From assembly GCA_964630375.1 (NCBI GenBank), contig CAZVRT010000001.1:71379-135378 (forward strand): a DNA stretch of 64,000 bases, in the 5' to 3' direction. Positions 26,451 to 36,710 of the stretch are shown in pieces. The notes beneath the pieces are model-generated. The model made no database searches. It saw nothing but the letters and a program-made list of their open reading frames with translations, and was not told the DNA's origin. Positions within the stretch are counted from its first letter, which is position 1. The number at the start of each line of letters is the position of its first letter. This DNA is from an uncultured Candidatus Saccharibacteria bacterium. Lineage in GTDB: Bacteria > Patescibacteriota > Minisyncoccia > Phycocordibacterales > JAACPR01. Both the position numbers and the translations under genes were made by a program.

Positions 26451-28388
26451 ATGAAACATTTAGAGGGCTTAAATGAAGCACAAAAACGCGCAGTTATACA
26501 CACCCAAGGCCCACTACTTATCTTAGCGGGTGCCGGAGCAGGGAAAACAAAGACGCTTACACACCGAATTTTAAACCTTGTCAAAGAAGGAGTGTTGCCT
26601 CAAAACATAATGGCAATCACTTTTACAAACAAAGCCGCAAAAGAAATGCGGGACAGAGTTTCAAAATTGTTGGCTGATGACATTGGAAAACCTTTTGTTT
26701 CAACTTTTCACTCTTTAGGTGTAAAAATTTTGCGGGACAACTCTCATATTTTAGGAATAACAAAACACTTTAATATTTATGACCGCAACGATTCTATTTC
26801 TTTGGTAAAAAAAATCTTGAAAGAAATTGGTGAAGCAGAGAGTGGAGTAGAGCCAAAGACTATTCTTTCTATAATTTCTAGCGAGAAAGGAAATATGGTT
26901 ACCGCTGAAGAATATGAATCGCAATCAAATCATTCTTATATCACTGAAATCGTAGCGAAAGTTTGGCTTAAATATCAAGAAACATTGCGAAAAGAAAAAG
27001 CTTACGACTTTGATGATTTACTTTTAGAGCCTACGCTTCTTTTGAAAAAAAATCCCGAGCTAAGAAAAAAATATCAGGACTTGTGGCAATTTGTTCATAT
27101 CGATGAGTATCAAGATACAAATGGAGTTCAATACGAAATGGCTAGATGCATTATCGGCGATAAAAATAATGTTTGTGTGGTTGGAGATATCGACCAAAAT
27201 ATTTATAGCTGGAGAGGTGCGACGATAAAAAATATTTTGAATTTTGAAAAAGATTTTCCTGGGGCAGACATGATTGTGTTGGAGCAAAATTATCGTTCAA
27301 CCGGAAATATTTTGAAAGCAGCAAATGCAGTGATTGAAAAAAATGTAAACCGACGAGAGAAAAATCTTTATACAGAAAATGGAGAAGGGGAGAAGCTTAA
27401 ACTTTATAACGCCTTTGATGGTTTAGATGAAGCAAGATTTGTTGCAGATGAAATAAAAGAACTTATGAAAAACGGAGTTCCATCAAATGAGATTGCGATT
27501 TTATATCGAGCAAATTTTCAATCTCGAATTTTGGAAGAATCATTGTTACGCGCCTCACTTCCATATCAAGTTCTCGGAACAAAATTCTTCGACCGCAAAG
27601 AAGTAAAAGATGTTTTATGTTTTTTGCGTTCGGCGCTTAACCCAGACGACCTGACAAGCTTAAGCAGAATTATAAATGTTCCAACAAGAGGAATTGGAAA
27701 AGTTACTTTGTTAAAAATTTTAGAAGGAAACGAACACGAGTTGTCAGGAAAAGTTGCAGAAAAAGTTGCAGATTTCCGAAGCATGCTTCAAAGAATTAAA
27801 AAATTTGCTGAGACAAACAAGCCAAGCGAAACAATCAAAATGATTATCCGAACAACCGGACTTGAAATTGATTTGCAAAAAGATGGAGAAGATGGATTGG
27901 AAAGAATTCAAAACATAAAAGAGTTGGCGACACTGGCTCAAAAATACGACGAATTAGAGCCGTCAGAAGGAATTTCAAAACTTTTGGAAGAAGCAGCTTT
28001 AGCAACAGATCAAGATGAAATCGAAACAGAAACCGATATTGCAAAAAAGAATGGGGTGAAACTTATGACAGTTCACTCATCAAAAGGTTTGGAGTTTGAT
28101 TATGTTTTTATTACAGGACTTGAGCACGGACTTTTTCCAAGCGAAAGACAAGATCAGAAAAAAGACGACGAGGAAGAAGAGAGAAGATTGTTTTATGTTG
28201 CCCTTACAAGAGCAAGAAAAAAAGTTTTCTTATCTTATGCAGGTATTCGAACAATTTTTGGTTCACAACAAGTAAACACTCCGTCAGAATTTTTGGACGA
28301 TATTCCAGCGGACTTAATTGAAACAGAAGAACCAGATGAAGATGTTGATGTAGTTAGTCAAGCAAGAAATATTTTTATAGATTGGTAA
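26451..28388 (+). CDS. pcrA: ATP-dependent DNA helicase of the UvrD/PcrA family
   Basis: It has Walker A AGAGAGKTKTLTHRI, motif II VHIDEYQDTN, and motifs V/VI TVHSSKGLEFDYVF and VALTRAR. At 645 aa it is shorter than typical PcrA. Confidence 0.85.
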   Translation: MKHLEGLNEAQKRAVIHTQGPLLILAGAGAGKTKTLTHRILNLVKEGVLPQNIMAITFTNKAAKEMRDRVSKLLADDIGKPFVSTFHSLGVKILRDNSHILGITKHFNIYDRNDSISLVKKILKEIGEAESGVEPKTILSIISSEKGNMVTAEEYESQSNHSYITEIVAKVWLKYQETLRKEKAYDFDDLLLEPTLLLKKNPELRKKYQDLWQFVHIDEYQDTNGVQYEMARCIIGDKNNVCVVGDIDQNIYSWRGATIKNILNFEKDFPGADMIVLEQNYRSTGNILKAANAVIEKNVNRREKNLYTENGEGEKLKLYNAFDGLDEARFVADEIKELMKNGVPSNEIAILYRANFQSRILEESLLRASLPYQVLGTKFFDRKEVKDVLCFLRSALNPDDLTSLSRIINVPTRGIGKVTLLKILEGNEHELSGKVAEKVADFRSMLQRIKKFAETNKPSETIKMIIRTTGLEIDLQKDGEDGLERIQNIKELATLAQKYDELEPSEGISKLLEEAALATDQDEIETETDIAKKNGVKLMTVHSSKGLEFDYVFITGLEHGLFPSERQDQKKDDEEEERRLFYVALTRARKKVFLSYAGIRTIFGSQQVNTPSEFLDDIPADLIETEEPDEDVDVVSQARNIFIDW

Positions 28389-28397
28389 AATAATTTT

Positions 28398-29192
28398 ATG
28401 AAAAATTTTTTCAGCCAGAAAGCAAAAAAATCTTTAGGACAAAACTTTTTAAAATCAGAAAAAGCATTGAATCAAATGATTGAATGTTCTGATTTAAAAA
28501 AAGATGAGGTTGTTTTAGAAATCGGACCAGGGCGTGGAGCATTAACAAAAAAACTTTTAGAAAGTGGAGTGAGAGTTGTGGCTTTAGAAAAAGATGACGT
28601 GTTGGCGAGGGAATTGGGAGCGGTGTTGAAAAACTTTTGTGAGAGTGGGCAGCTTGAAATACTTTCAGTGGATGCTTTGCAATTCGACCCGAGCGACCAT
28701 GAAAAATTAAAATCAAAATATAAAATTGTTGCCAACATCCCTTATTACATCACAGGTGCTTTAATCGAAAAATTTTTAACTGAAAAAAATCCTCCTCAAT
28801 CAATTTCATTTTTAGTTCAAAAAGAAGTTGCAGAAAGAATAATGTCGAGAGACAAGAAAGAAAGTATTCTTTCAATTTCAATAAAAGTTTTTGGAAATCC
28901 AAAATATATCGCAACTGTTCCAAAAGGAGCTTTCGTTCCTGCACCAAAAGTTGATTCAGCAATCATTCACATTGCCAATATCTCAAATAAAATTTTCGAA
29001 GAAAACAAAATCACTGAACAAAGATTTTTTGAAGTTGTAAAAGCCAGCTTCGCTCACAAAAGAAAACAGCTAGGAAAAAATCTGGAAAACATAGTTTCAA
29101 AAGAACAATTTGAAAATTGCAAAATCAGCCCAAAAACAAGAGCAGAGGAGTTGAAAGTAGAAGATTGGATTTGTTTGTCTAAAAGTTTATAA
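28398..29192 (+). CDS. rsmA: 16S rRNA (adenine1518/1519-N6)-dimethyltransferase
   Basis: The sequence KKSLGQNFLKSEKALNQM...VLEIGPGRGALT...NIPYYIT is the KsgA signature. Confidence 0.85.
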   Translation: MKNFFSQKAKKSLGQNFLKSEKALNQMIECSDLKKDEVVLEIGPGRGALTKKLLESGVRVVALEKDDVLARELGAVLKNFCESGQLEILSVDALQFDPSDHEKLKSKYKIVANIPYYITGALIEKFLTEKNPPQSISFLVQKEVAERIMSRDKKESILSISIKVFGNPKYIATVPKGAFVPAPKVDSAIIHIANISNKIFEENKITEQRFFEVVKASFAHKRKQLGKNLENIVSKEQFENCKISPKTRAEELKVEDWICLSKSL

Positions 29193-30042
29193 AATTTCCG
29201 TCACCCATTGGTAAATCAGACATATCCGAAGGCATTATTCCAGAGCTACCAACACCCGGACCCCTATTGATAACACCATCAACTCTTAAAGGAATCTGAC
29301 ATTGTGGGTCAACTCGTCTTGAATAACATTCCCCACCCATATCATATGTTCCAAGACCATACTGCCCGGGTTGAAGATCATAAAATAGATAAAATTTTGT
29401 ATAAGGCAAGTCAACTTTTAGTAGTTTGACACTATTAGTTACAAATTCCCACATAAAGACCACGTATTTTTGACCTTCAATAGGCGCGGGCTCACAATCA
29501 CACTCTATTCTGAATTGAACAAGTCCACCAAACGGCTCTCCTTGATGATGAATTTGTTCTGCCCAAGGAGTTTCAGTCGATTGTCCAGCGTCACCAATAC
29601 CATTTATAGGAAGATTCGAATCAGAAATATTTGATTTTGGCTCATAAGCAACACTCGGAGTAGGATTTCCGTCTGAAACAAAGTTTTTAAGTGTATAATT
29701 TTCTGGTTTATAAGGAAAAGGATTTGGTGTTCCCATAAGTTTTTGAAACTCCAAATCATATTGTCGAGCTTTCATAGCCGCAATATTAGCCTCTTGTCTT
29801 CTCATAAAATTACTATTTGGATCTCGGCCTTTATCATAGTAAAAATTCTCATATCTTTTCTCAGCTTGAGCAATTTCAGAACGAAGCCTATCAACATTCC
29901 AACCCATTGGAACAGCGGCAACACTTGCATCTTTTAAAACAGCCGGATCAAAATCAGTTTTAACAACAAACATAATTAAAATAAGAGCCAAAATCAAAAC
30001 AGTTGAGCCTTGAAAGATATTTTTAAACTGATTTTTAACCAT
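29179..30042 (-). CDS. Hypothetical membrane-anchored, Cys-containing exported protein
   Basis: It has an N-terminal TM helix (STVLILALILIMFVV) and several Cys pairs (ECDCEP, GGECY...QCQ). Confidence 0.4.
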   Translation of the reverse strand: MVKNQFKNIFQGSTVLILALILIMFVVKTDFDPAVLKDASVAAVPMGWNVDRLRSEIAQAEKRYENFYYDKGRDPNSNFMRRQEANIAAMKARQYDLEFQKLMGTPNPFPYKPENYTLKNFVSDGNPTPSVAYEPKSNISDSNLPINGIGDAGQSTETPWAEQIHHQGEPFGGLVQFRIECDCEPAPIEGQKYVVFMWEFVTNSVKLLKVDLPYTKFYLFYDLQPGQYGLGTYDMGGECYSRRVDPQCQIPLRVDGVINRGPGVGSSGIMPSDMSDLPMGDGNFINF

Positions 30043-30067
30043 TAGAAAAAATTATATCACGCAATTT

Positions 30068-30925
30068 TTGATATCTGTTATAATTTCTTTAATGTTAAAA
30101 CCTAGCAAAAAAGTTGCGAGCATTATGATAATCGTCGGAGCAGTCACAATTGCTTCTATTGGTTCAGATATCATCAAAAAAAATGATTTGGCTAAAAAAA
30201 GCATGGCTTTGGTTAGTGGAATTTTTGAAGAGGATAAGAGTGTTAAATCAATTGAAGACTACCTAATTTCTCGTACTTCAAATGAATCAGCAACACAAAA
30301 TGAAGAGCTAACAACCCCAAAAACTGTTACTGATTTTACTTTATCTGCACTTTTTAATAATTATCAATCTTTAAAAATTCAATCTTTAAACACATTTGAA
30401 AATGTTGATTTATTAACCACAACACTAGCCGAACAAACAACAGAATTCACAAAACTTCCAAACAAATATTCAATATTAAATCTTAAAACATTTCCAGATT
30501 ATGAAAAAGAGAAGGCAAAATATTATGGTAATGAGTTTGCAAAAATAACAGAAAAGTATTTCAAGCAGCAGTTTTTTATTGAAGAAGAAGATTCAATGAA
30601 ATATATCAAAACTTATGCAAATATAAAAATAAGCAACAGCGATGAATTGGCAAAAATAGAAATTCCAAGAAGTATCTCCGACGAACACTTAGAATTTACT
30701 AACAACTTAACAAAAGTGGGAATCGCTCTTGTAAAACTAGCAGAATCTGAAGACGATCCTATTCTTTCAGCAATGATTATAAAACAGTATGAAGAAATCA
30801 GAGATACCCAGCCAAAAATTTTGTTAGCAATAGCAAATTATTTTAAAAAAAATGATATAATTTTTTACGATGATGAACCTGGTGCAATGTGGAACACGAT
30901 AAATGAAAAAGGTAATCAGTTTTAG
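30068..30925 (+). CDS. Hypothetical membrane-anchored protein (first gene of the T4SS-like cluster)
   Basis: The 285-aa ORF has an N-terminal TM helix. It is co-directional and tightly spaced with the downstream cluster. Confidence 0.4.
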   Translation: MISVIISLMLKPSKKVASIMIIVGAVTIASIGSDIIKKNDLAKKSMALVSGIFEEDKSVKSIEDYLISRTSNESATQNEELTTPKTVTDFTLSALFNNYQSLKIQSLNTFENVDLLTTTLAEQTTEFTKLPNKYSILNLKTFPDYEKEKAKYYGNEFAKITEKYFKQQFFIEEEDSMKYIKTYANIKISNSDELAKIEIPRSISDEHLEFTNNLTKVGIALVKLAESEDDPILSAMIIKQYEEIRDTQPKILLAIANYFKKNDIIFYDDEPGAMWNTINEKGNQF

Positions 30926-32405
30926 AGATATGAAAAAATTACTTAAAACAACAATAACTGGAACATTAATCATCGCAACTGGTTTTTATTTCGCTTTTCA
31001 CACAGGAACAAGAGAGACTCAAGCTCAGCAAACTCCTCCTACAAACATTCGAGTAACTTGTGCACCTGATAAAGAATTTGTTTTGAGAAATAGCCCAGTA
31101 AAATTCACAGCGACAGTTCAAAACGCAACTTCAACAATTATCTACAGTTGGAGAGGAGCAAACATCACATCAAGAAATGCACCAGATGTAACAGCACAAT
31201 ACGGTAGTTTAGGAGTAAAAAGAGCAACAACAACAATTAACACCGGTGGAGTAACTCTTTCTGCAGGTTGTAGCGTAACTGTAGTAACAACACTTCCTGG
31301 AGGCAGCAACCAAGGTGGAAATCAACAAAATCCTTTAGGAAACCTTCCACAAGGAGGTAACCAAACAGGAAACCAAAGTGGAAATAATAATTCAGGCGGG
31401 CAACAAAGCGGTGGAAACAATCAAGGTACACCAATTCCTCAAACACAACCCCAGAGAGAAGAGGCTGCCAGACAACAAGCTCGACAAAATTATGAAAGAG
31501 AGCAACAGCAAGCAGAGAGAACTTTCGAACAAGAAAAACAACAATGTGAAGAAGGTGAAACCTCACAAGGTTCGAGTGATTCAATTAAAGACTCTATTGA
31601 GGGAGACATTGCACAAGACGCAGAAATGTTTGGCCAAATGGTTCCCACAGATCCAAAACCAATTGTCGATCCTATAAAAAACATTAGAGAAAATATAGAA
31701 AGGTTAACAGCAAAAGAAATTGGATTGAAAGATTCACAAGAACCTCCTTTAGATCAAAAAGTTGCATGTAAAGCGGATGCTGCTATTAAAAAAATAGCAG
31801 AACAAAGTAGAAACTTTCTGTCTCAAGGAAGAGATGGTAACCCTTATTGGATTACGGACTACAATGCACTTATTAAAGACAGTAACGACATTGGCAGATC
31901 AAGACACATAACAGCATTAGCAAACGATCAATCATGTAAATCAGCAGAAAATAAGAAAATTGCACAAGCGCTAGCCTCAGTACCAAGATCTATTATTGGC
32001 GCAGAATCAACTGAGACATCGTGTCCGATGAATCAAAATAAAGACTTGAATGACCTAAACACTTACCTGAGTTATAGTGATCCTCTTAATAATCCCGCAT
32101 ACAGATTTGCAGAAAAATATTCAGCTATGATTTCGGTGAGTGCAGAAACAGTAGATCTAGCAAAATATGAGACTGAAATTAACAATGGCTTTATAGGAGT
32201 TAAGGACGAAAATGGGAAAATAATTAATCCTCCAAACATATACGCCAACACAGCTTTATTTAATATAAATAATGAAGTTGGTAGACTTGGTAGTTTGCAT
32301 GAAATTACAGACGGAGAAAGTGTTTTATTTGAAAACTTTCTTGGTAAAACAGGAATAGATAATATTGCAGGAGTTCAGGAAGGAAATTCGGATCTACCTG
32401 CTTAA
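30903..32405 (+). CDS. Hypothetical surface protein with low-complexity GGNQ/Q-rich linker
   Basis: It has a TM anchor, a beta-rich Ig-like region, (GGNQ)n repeats, a Q/E-rich coiled coil and a C-terminal Cys-containing globular domain. Confidence 0.4.
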   Translation: MKKVISFRDMKKLLKTTITGTLIIATGFYFAFHTGTRETQAQQTPPTNIRVTCAPDKEFVLRNSPVKFTATVQNATSTIIYSWRGANITSRNAPDVTAQYGSLGVKRATTTINTGGVTLSAGCSVTVVTTLPGGSNQGGNQQNPLGNLPQGGNQTGNQSGNNNSGGQQSGGNNQGTPIPQTQPQREEAARQQARQNYEREQQQAERTFEQEKQQCEEGETSQGSSDSIKDSIEGDIAQDAEMFGQMVPTDPKPIVDPIKNIRENIERLTAKEIGLKDSQEPPLDQKVACKADAAIKKIAEQSRNFLSQGRDGNPYWITDYNALIKDSNDIGRSRHITALANDQSCKSAENKKIAQALASVPRSIIGAESTETSCPMNQNKDLNDLNTYLSYSDPLNNPAYRFAEKYSAMISVSAETVDLAKYETEINNGFIGVKDENGKIINPPNIYANTALFNINNEVGRLGSLHEITDGESVLFENFLGKTGIDNIAGVQEGNSDLPA

Positions 32406-32457
32406 TTTAAATAGGAAAAAAAGACTTTTAATTAAAAATTGGTGATATAATTTTTGT

Positions 32458-34608
32458 ATGAGTTTTTTGTTTAAGAAGAGAAAAATTTTTCTTTTTATTT
32501 TGTTGTTTGTTATTTTCCTTGCTCAACCAAATAATTTAAAAGCTGAAGACATGGGCGGTGGTATCTATGGATCAATGATAGGTGACAACATTGATAAAGC
32601 TAATGAAGCTCGAGCTGTTCTTACAAATCCAGAGTCAACAGAATCAGAAAAGAGCAGCGCACAAGCTACTATTAATAATGTAGAAGCAGGAAACAATCCT
32701 AACGGGACTAGCATGTCTGGATTAGGTGATACAGCAATGAGAATAATGGAAGGGCTAGTTGCTGCTGCAATTCCTTTTGCAGCTTTATTCTCACTTCCTT
32801 TCGGAATGATCGCTTTTGCTCTTTCTAGTCTTGTTTTAGGCATGGCTTCTTATGGAGTAGATTTAGCACTAGAAATAGGAGTCAATTTAATGTCTCAAAT
32901 AGTTCATAATGATGCAAATTCCGTTAAAACATCTTGGCAAATTTTTAGAAACATAGGAAATGTTGGGATAATATTTGCAACTATATACATAGCAATAAAA
33001 ACTGTACTAAGAGCAAGTGGTTATGATGGCAAGGTTTTACTTGGAAGAGTGGTTGTTGCGGGTCTATTAATAAATTTTAGTTTCTTTTTTGGAGCACTAG
33101 TTGTAGATGTTTCTAATATCATGTCTCTTGAAATCTATAAAAAAGTTGCAGAGATAACAGGTGATGGAGAAAAAGTAAAGCTTGGAGAATTCATGTTTAA
33201 TCGTACCTCTCCAGGAATGTTTCAATCTGCCATAACAAAAGACGCTGAGCCTGTTACTAGAGAGTTTTTTGAAACAACATTTAAAAATCAATCGGAAGGA
33301 GGAGGAAATGCTATAACAAATTTTCTAAGAAGTGCCACTCTTTTTACAGTAAACTTTTCTTTAGGGTATATATTAGGAACTGTCGCAAACTTAGCTTTAG
33401 CTGTTGTTATATTCATGGCTATTTTTATGATTTACTCAAGGTTAATAATAATATTATTACTACTAGTAATTTCTCCACTAGCTTTTGTAGGAATGATACT
33501 TCCCAACACACAAAAAATGTCTAAAGAATGGTGGGACTCTTTAATAGGTCAATCGTTCTTTCTACCTGCTTTTTTATTATTTCTATTAGTAAGTTTAAAA
33601 CTAATAGAAAATCTACCCGATCTAAACAACTCTGTAGTAGGCACTCAAGATCAGCTTCAACTAACAGGTCTGGCTAGTTACGCAAAAATCTTTACACCGC
33701 AAATATTTAATTATTTGATGGTAATAGGTTTCTTTGTTGCTGCATTAATGGCAGCCAAAAAAGTTTCTAGCATGGGAAGTGCAGCAATAAATAAGATATC
33801 TTCATCAATTACAGCTACAACAGGTGGAGCAGCGGCAGCGGGGTTGGCATTTGCAGGAAGAAATACAATTGGTGCAGGTGCAAACGCTATGGCATCCAGA
33901 TTTGCAAAAACCGATTTTGCACAAACAAGAACAGGTATGGTGTTGTTAGATAGCATGAAAGGTGTTGCTAAAAACAGTTTTGATGCTCGAGAATCAATAG
34001 CATTTAAAGGTGTAGCATCAGCCACAGGTGTTGGTGGTGATTTCAAAAATACCCTTGCCCCACAAAAAGGTGGCTACATAGATCAGCAAAAACGTGCTGA
34101 AGAAAGAAGAGTTAAATTGGCAGGCAATCTAAGCAACGACTTAACACAAATCCAAAAAGACGAAGCTAAACAAAGGTCAACAACCATGGAAAACATGGTA
34201 GACAACGATGGAAATGTCGTAACAAAAGACCAAGCAGTTCGCACTGCAGACGCCGCACTTAAAGCAGCAAAAAGAAGTGGTAATGTGGCAACAATACAAA
34301 GTGCACAAACTACTCTTCAAACTGCCAAAAGAGAGGCTGAAGAAGCTCGTGAACTTGTAAAAACCTCAGCAGCGTACAAAGCTGAAAAAGAGGCTCTTGA
34401 TGCAATTGTTTCAGCACGAGGAGCATACGCAAAAAGTCTTGAAGGGGATCCAGGTAAAATATCTACTATTAGAACCTTAGGGACAACTTGGCTTCCAGGA
34501 AGCAGGTCTGCGGACAAATCTGCTGCTAAAAAAATTATGGCACAAAAATCTGAATCAGAAAAACTACTAGAAGGTCTAAAGAAAGCAATGGAGAACAGTG
34601 GGAAATAA
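32458..34608 (+). CDS. Polytopic membrane protein, VirB6/TrbL-like T4SS channel component, with a long C-terminal extension
   Basis: It has a signal peptide and at least six TM helices in a roughly 420-aa core, as in VirB6/PrgH-like proteins, followed by an Ala/Lys-rich coiled-coil tail of about 250 aa. Confidence 0.45.
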   Translation: MSFLFKKRKIFLFILLFVIFLAQPNNLKAEDMGGGIYGSMIGDNIDKANEARAVLTNPESTESEKSSAQATINNVEAGNNPNGTSMSGLGDTAMRIMEGLVAAAIPFAALFSLPFGMIAFALSSLVLGMASYGVDLALEIGVNLMSQIVHNDANSVKTSWQIFRNIGNVGIIFATIYIAIKTVLRASGYDGKVLLGRVVVAGLLINFSFFFGALVVDVSNIMSLEIYKKVAEITGDGEKVKLGEFMFNRTSPGMFQSAITKDAEPVTREFFETTFKNQSEGGGNAITNFLRSATLFTVNFSLGYILGTVANLALAVVIFMAIFMIYSRLIIILLLLVISPLAFVGMILPNTQKMSKEWWDSLIGQSFFLPAFLLFLLVSLKLIENLPDLNNSVVGTQDQLQLTGLASYAKIFTPQIFNYLMVIGFFVAALMAAKKVSSMGSAAINKISSSITATTGGAAAAGLAFAGRNTIGAGANAMASRFAKTDFAQTRTGMVLLDSMKGVAKNSFDARESIAFKGVASATGVGGDFKNTLAPQKGGYIDQQKRAEERRVKLAGNLSNDLTQIQKDEAKQRSTTMENMVDNDGNVVTKDQAVRTADAALKAAKRSGNVATIQSAQTTLQTAKREAEEARELVKTSAAYKAEKEALDAIVSARGAYAKSLEGDPGKISTIRTLGTTWLPGSRSADKSAAKKIMAQKSESEKLLEGLKKAMENSGK

Positions 34609-34626
34609 ATCTTCATAAAAAATAAA

Positions 34627-35589
34627 ATGAATCCAGAAATACAAGATATAATCCAAGAACAATTTAAATCTCTTCCAAAAGTGATCCAAGAAACTATTCT
34701 TGATTCAAAATGGCAAGATAAAATTCGTCGAATTGTAAAAGTTAATAATCTACACGTTGATCAAGGAGCTGCTATTGAAAATCTTGTTTTAATTACAATG
34801 CTCGGAATCGAAATACCGGAAGATTTTGTTAAGAATGCTAAAGAATATGCAAAAGTTAATGACGAACAAGCGCAAAACATTTCTGCACAAGTAGAAAGAG
34901 AAATCTTTGGTGACATCAGAAAAAAACTTATCGAAACCACAGACGCGGTGGGGACTATTGGTGAAATTGAGCAAGCAACAAATGAGCTGGATAAAGTAGC
35001 AGCTGAAATTGAAAAACAAGCAAAAAATACACCAGCACCTATATCGTCGACAAAACCTTCTCTGAAAGAAAAAATCCCGGCAAATTATTTTGACAAAAAT
35101 TACGAAGCTTCTACACCTTCTGCTTCTGTATCTACTGTTACCCCAACAGTTCCACCAACACAAGCAGAACAAGTCCCTGAAGCAGTGCGAGAAGAAACAC
35201 CTGCACTAGAGCCACAATCACAACCTGAACCAGAAATTATCCCTGAAACAATTCCTGAAATTGAAACAGCACCAGAACCAATCGTAATTGAACCTAAAGA
35301 AATTCCACAAGAAGCACCGATTGAACTAAATGAAACTAACATTGACTCGGTAATTCCTGAAGTTTCAGAAGAAGTCCAAATAGAAACTCCGAAAGAAGAT
35401 CCTTACAGAGAAGAAATTGAGCCAGAAGACATAAAACTAACACCTGCTAAAATTCAAAAGCCAATTTTCACACCAATGCCAAAAAACCTAGACGACACAA
35501 TGATTAATTCACCATCTGAAACACCAGACTTAATTACAGATACTCCGGTTACTGCAAAAGTTGATCCGTATCGCGAGCCAATAGAGTAG
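34627..35589 (+). CDS. Hypothetical acidic Pro/Glu-rich protein
   Basis: It has an N-terminal globular domain of about 110 aa, followed by an extended P/E/T/I-rich low-complexity region. Confidence 0.4.
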   Translation: MNPEIQDIIQEQFKSLPKVIQETILDSKWQDKIRRIVKVNNLHVDQGAAIENLVLITMLGIEIPEDFVKNAKEYAKVNDEQAQNISAQVEREIFGDIRKKLIETTDAVGTIGEIEQATNELDKVAAEIEKQAKNTPAPISSTKPSLKEKIPANYFDKNYEASTPSASVSTVTPTVPPTQAEQVPEAVREETPALEPQSQPEPEIIPETIPEIETAPEPIVIEPKEIPQEAPIELNETNIDSVIPEVSEEVQIETPKEDPYREEIEPEDIKLTPAKIQKPIFTPMPKNLDDTMINSPSETPDLITDTPVTAKVDPYREPIE

Positions 35590-35599
35590 AATAATAAAT

Positions 35600-36031
35600 A
35601 TGAAATACCAAGTTCCACAATTCCTAGAAGTTGAAGATAAAATTTTTGGGCCGTTTACTTTAAAACAGTTCCTTTACGTAGGGGCAGGAATCGCTATCGG
35701 ATTTGTGCTTTGGACAACATTTCCAAGATTTTTAGCAATTCTTATCGGAGTACCAATCATCACTTTATTTTTTGGTTTAGCTTTTTGGAAAATAAATGAT
35801 CGACCTTTGGCAGAAGCAATTGAAAACATGTTCAAATACACTTTTGCGCCAAAACTTTATCTTTGGAAAAAACGAGAGAAAGTTCCTGAAAAACAAGCTG
35901 CGGAAATTATCAGCCACGCGAAGCTTGATGTACCAAAGCTTTCAAACAGCAAGCTAAAAGATTTGTCATGGGGTCTTGATATTCACGAAACTCTAGAAAC
36001 TTTAGACGACATTGCACCAAGAAAAGAATAA
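35600..36031 (+). CDS. Small two-TM membrane protein, VirB3/PrgI-like
   Basis: The 143-aa protein has two adjacent TM helices near the N-terminus. It sits upstream of VirB4, as in Gram-positive-type T4SS operons. Confidence 0.4.
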   Translation: MKYQVPQFLEVEDKIFGPFTLKQFLYVGAGIAIGFVLWTTFPRFLAILIGVPIITLFFGLAFWKINDRPLAEAIENMFKYTFAPKLYLWKKREKVPEKQAAEIISHAKLDVPKLSNSKLKDLSWGLDIHETLETLDDIAPRKE

Positions 36032-36072
36032 ATAAATTTTATTTTATTGTTTTTTGTTATAATAAAAACAAT

Positions 36073-36705
36073 ATGGCAGAAAGCAATAAAGCAACTCAAT
36101 CAATTGTTCCAATCAGAGAAGTTAGAAATGGAATTATAGTTTTAAAAGATGGTTCGATGAGAGCTTTGCTTATGACTTCTTCTATCAACTTCGCTCTTAA
36201 ATCACAAGACGAACAAGATTCTATTATTTTCCAATTTCAACAATTTCTAAACTCATTAAATTTCAGCGTGCAAATTTTTCTTCAATCAAGACGACTTGAT
36301 ATTCGACCTTATATCGCAACTTTGGAAGCAAGAGAAAAAGAACAAGTAAACGATTTGATGAGAATTCAAACAAAAGAATATGTGGAATTCATCAAAGCTT
36401 TCACAGAAAGAACAAACATTATGACAAAAACTTTTTATATTGTTGTTCCTTATACGCCTCCTGCATTGGCGATAAATAAATCTGAAGAAAAAGGATTGTT
36501 TAAAAAGAAAGCAACAACAGCAGTGGGAAAGAAAGAAGACTTTGAAGAATTAAGTACACAACTAGAACAAAGAATTGCAGTAGTTCAGCAAGGTATTACG
36601 AGAACCGGCGTGCGTGCAGTACAATTAGGAACAGAAGAAGCAATTGAAGTTTTTTATAGACTATTTAATCCAGGAGATGTAGAAAAACCGATTCCGGTGC
36701 ATTAA
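36073..36705 (+). CDS. T4SS-associated protein resembling the N-terminal region of VirB4-family ATPases
   Basis: The sequence IVPIREVRNGIIVLKDGSMRALLMTSSINFALKSQDEQDSII..FQQFLNSL follows the conserved N-terminal pattern of PrgJ/TraE-type VirB4 proteins. It ends 5 nt before the VirB4 ORF. Confidence 0.35.
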   Translation: MAESNKATQSIVPIREVRNGIIVLKDGSMRALLMTSSINFALKSQDEQDSIIFQFQQFLNSLNFSVQIFLQSRRLDIRPYIATLEAREKEQVNDLMRIQTKEYVEFIKAFTERTNIMTKTFYIVVPYTPPALAINKSEEKGLFKKKATTAVGKKEDFEELSTQLEQRIAVVQQGITRTGVRAVQLGTEEAIEVFYRLFNPGDVEKPIPVH

Positions 36706-36710
36706 AAAAT

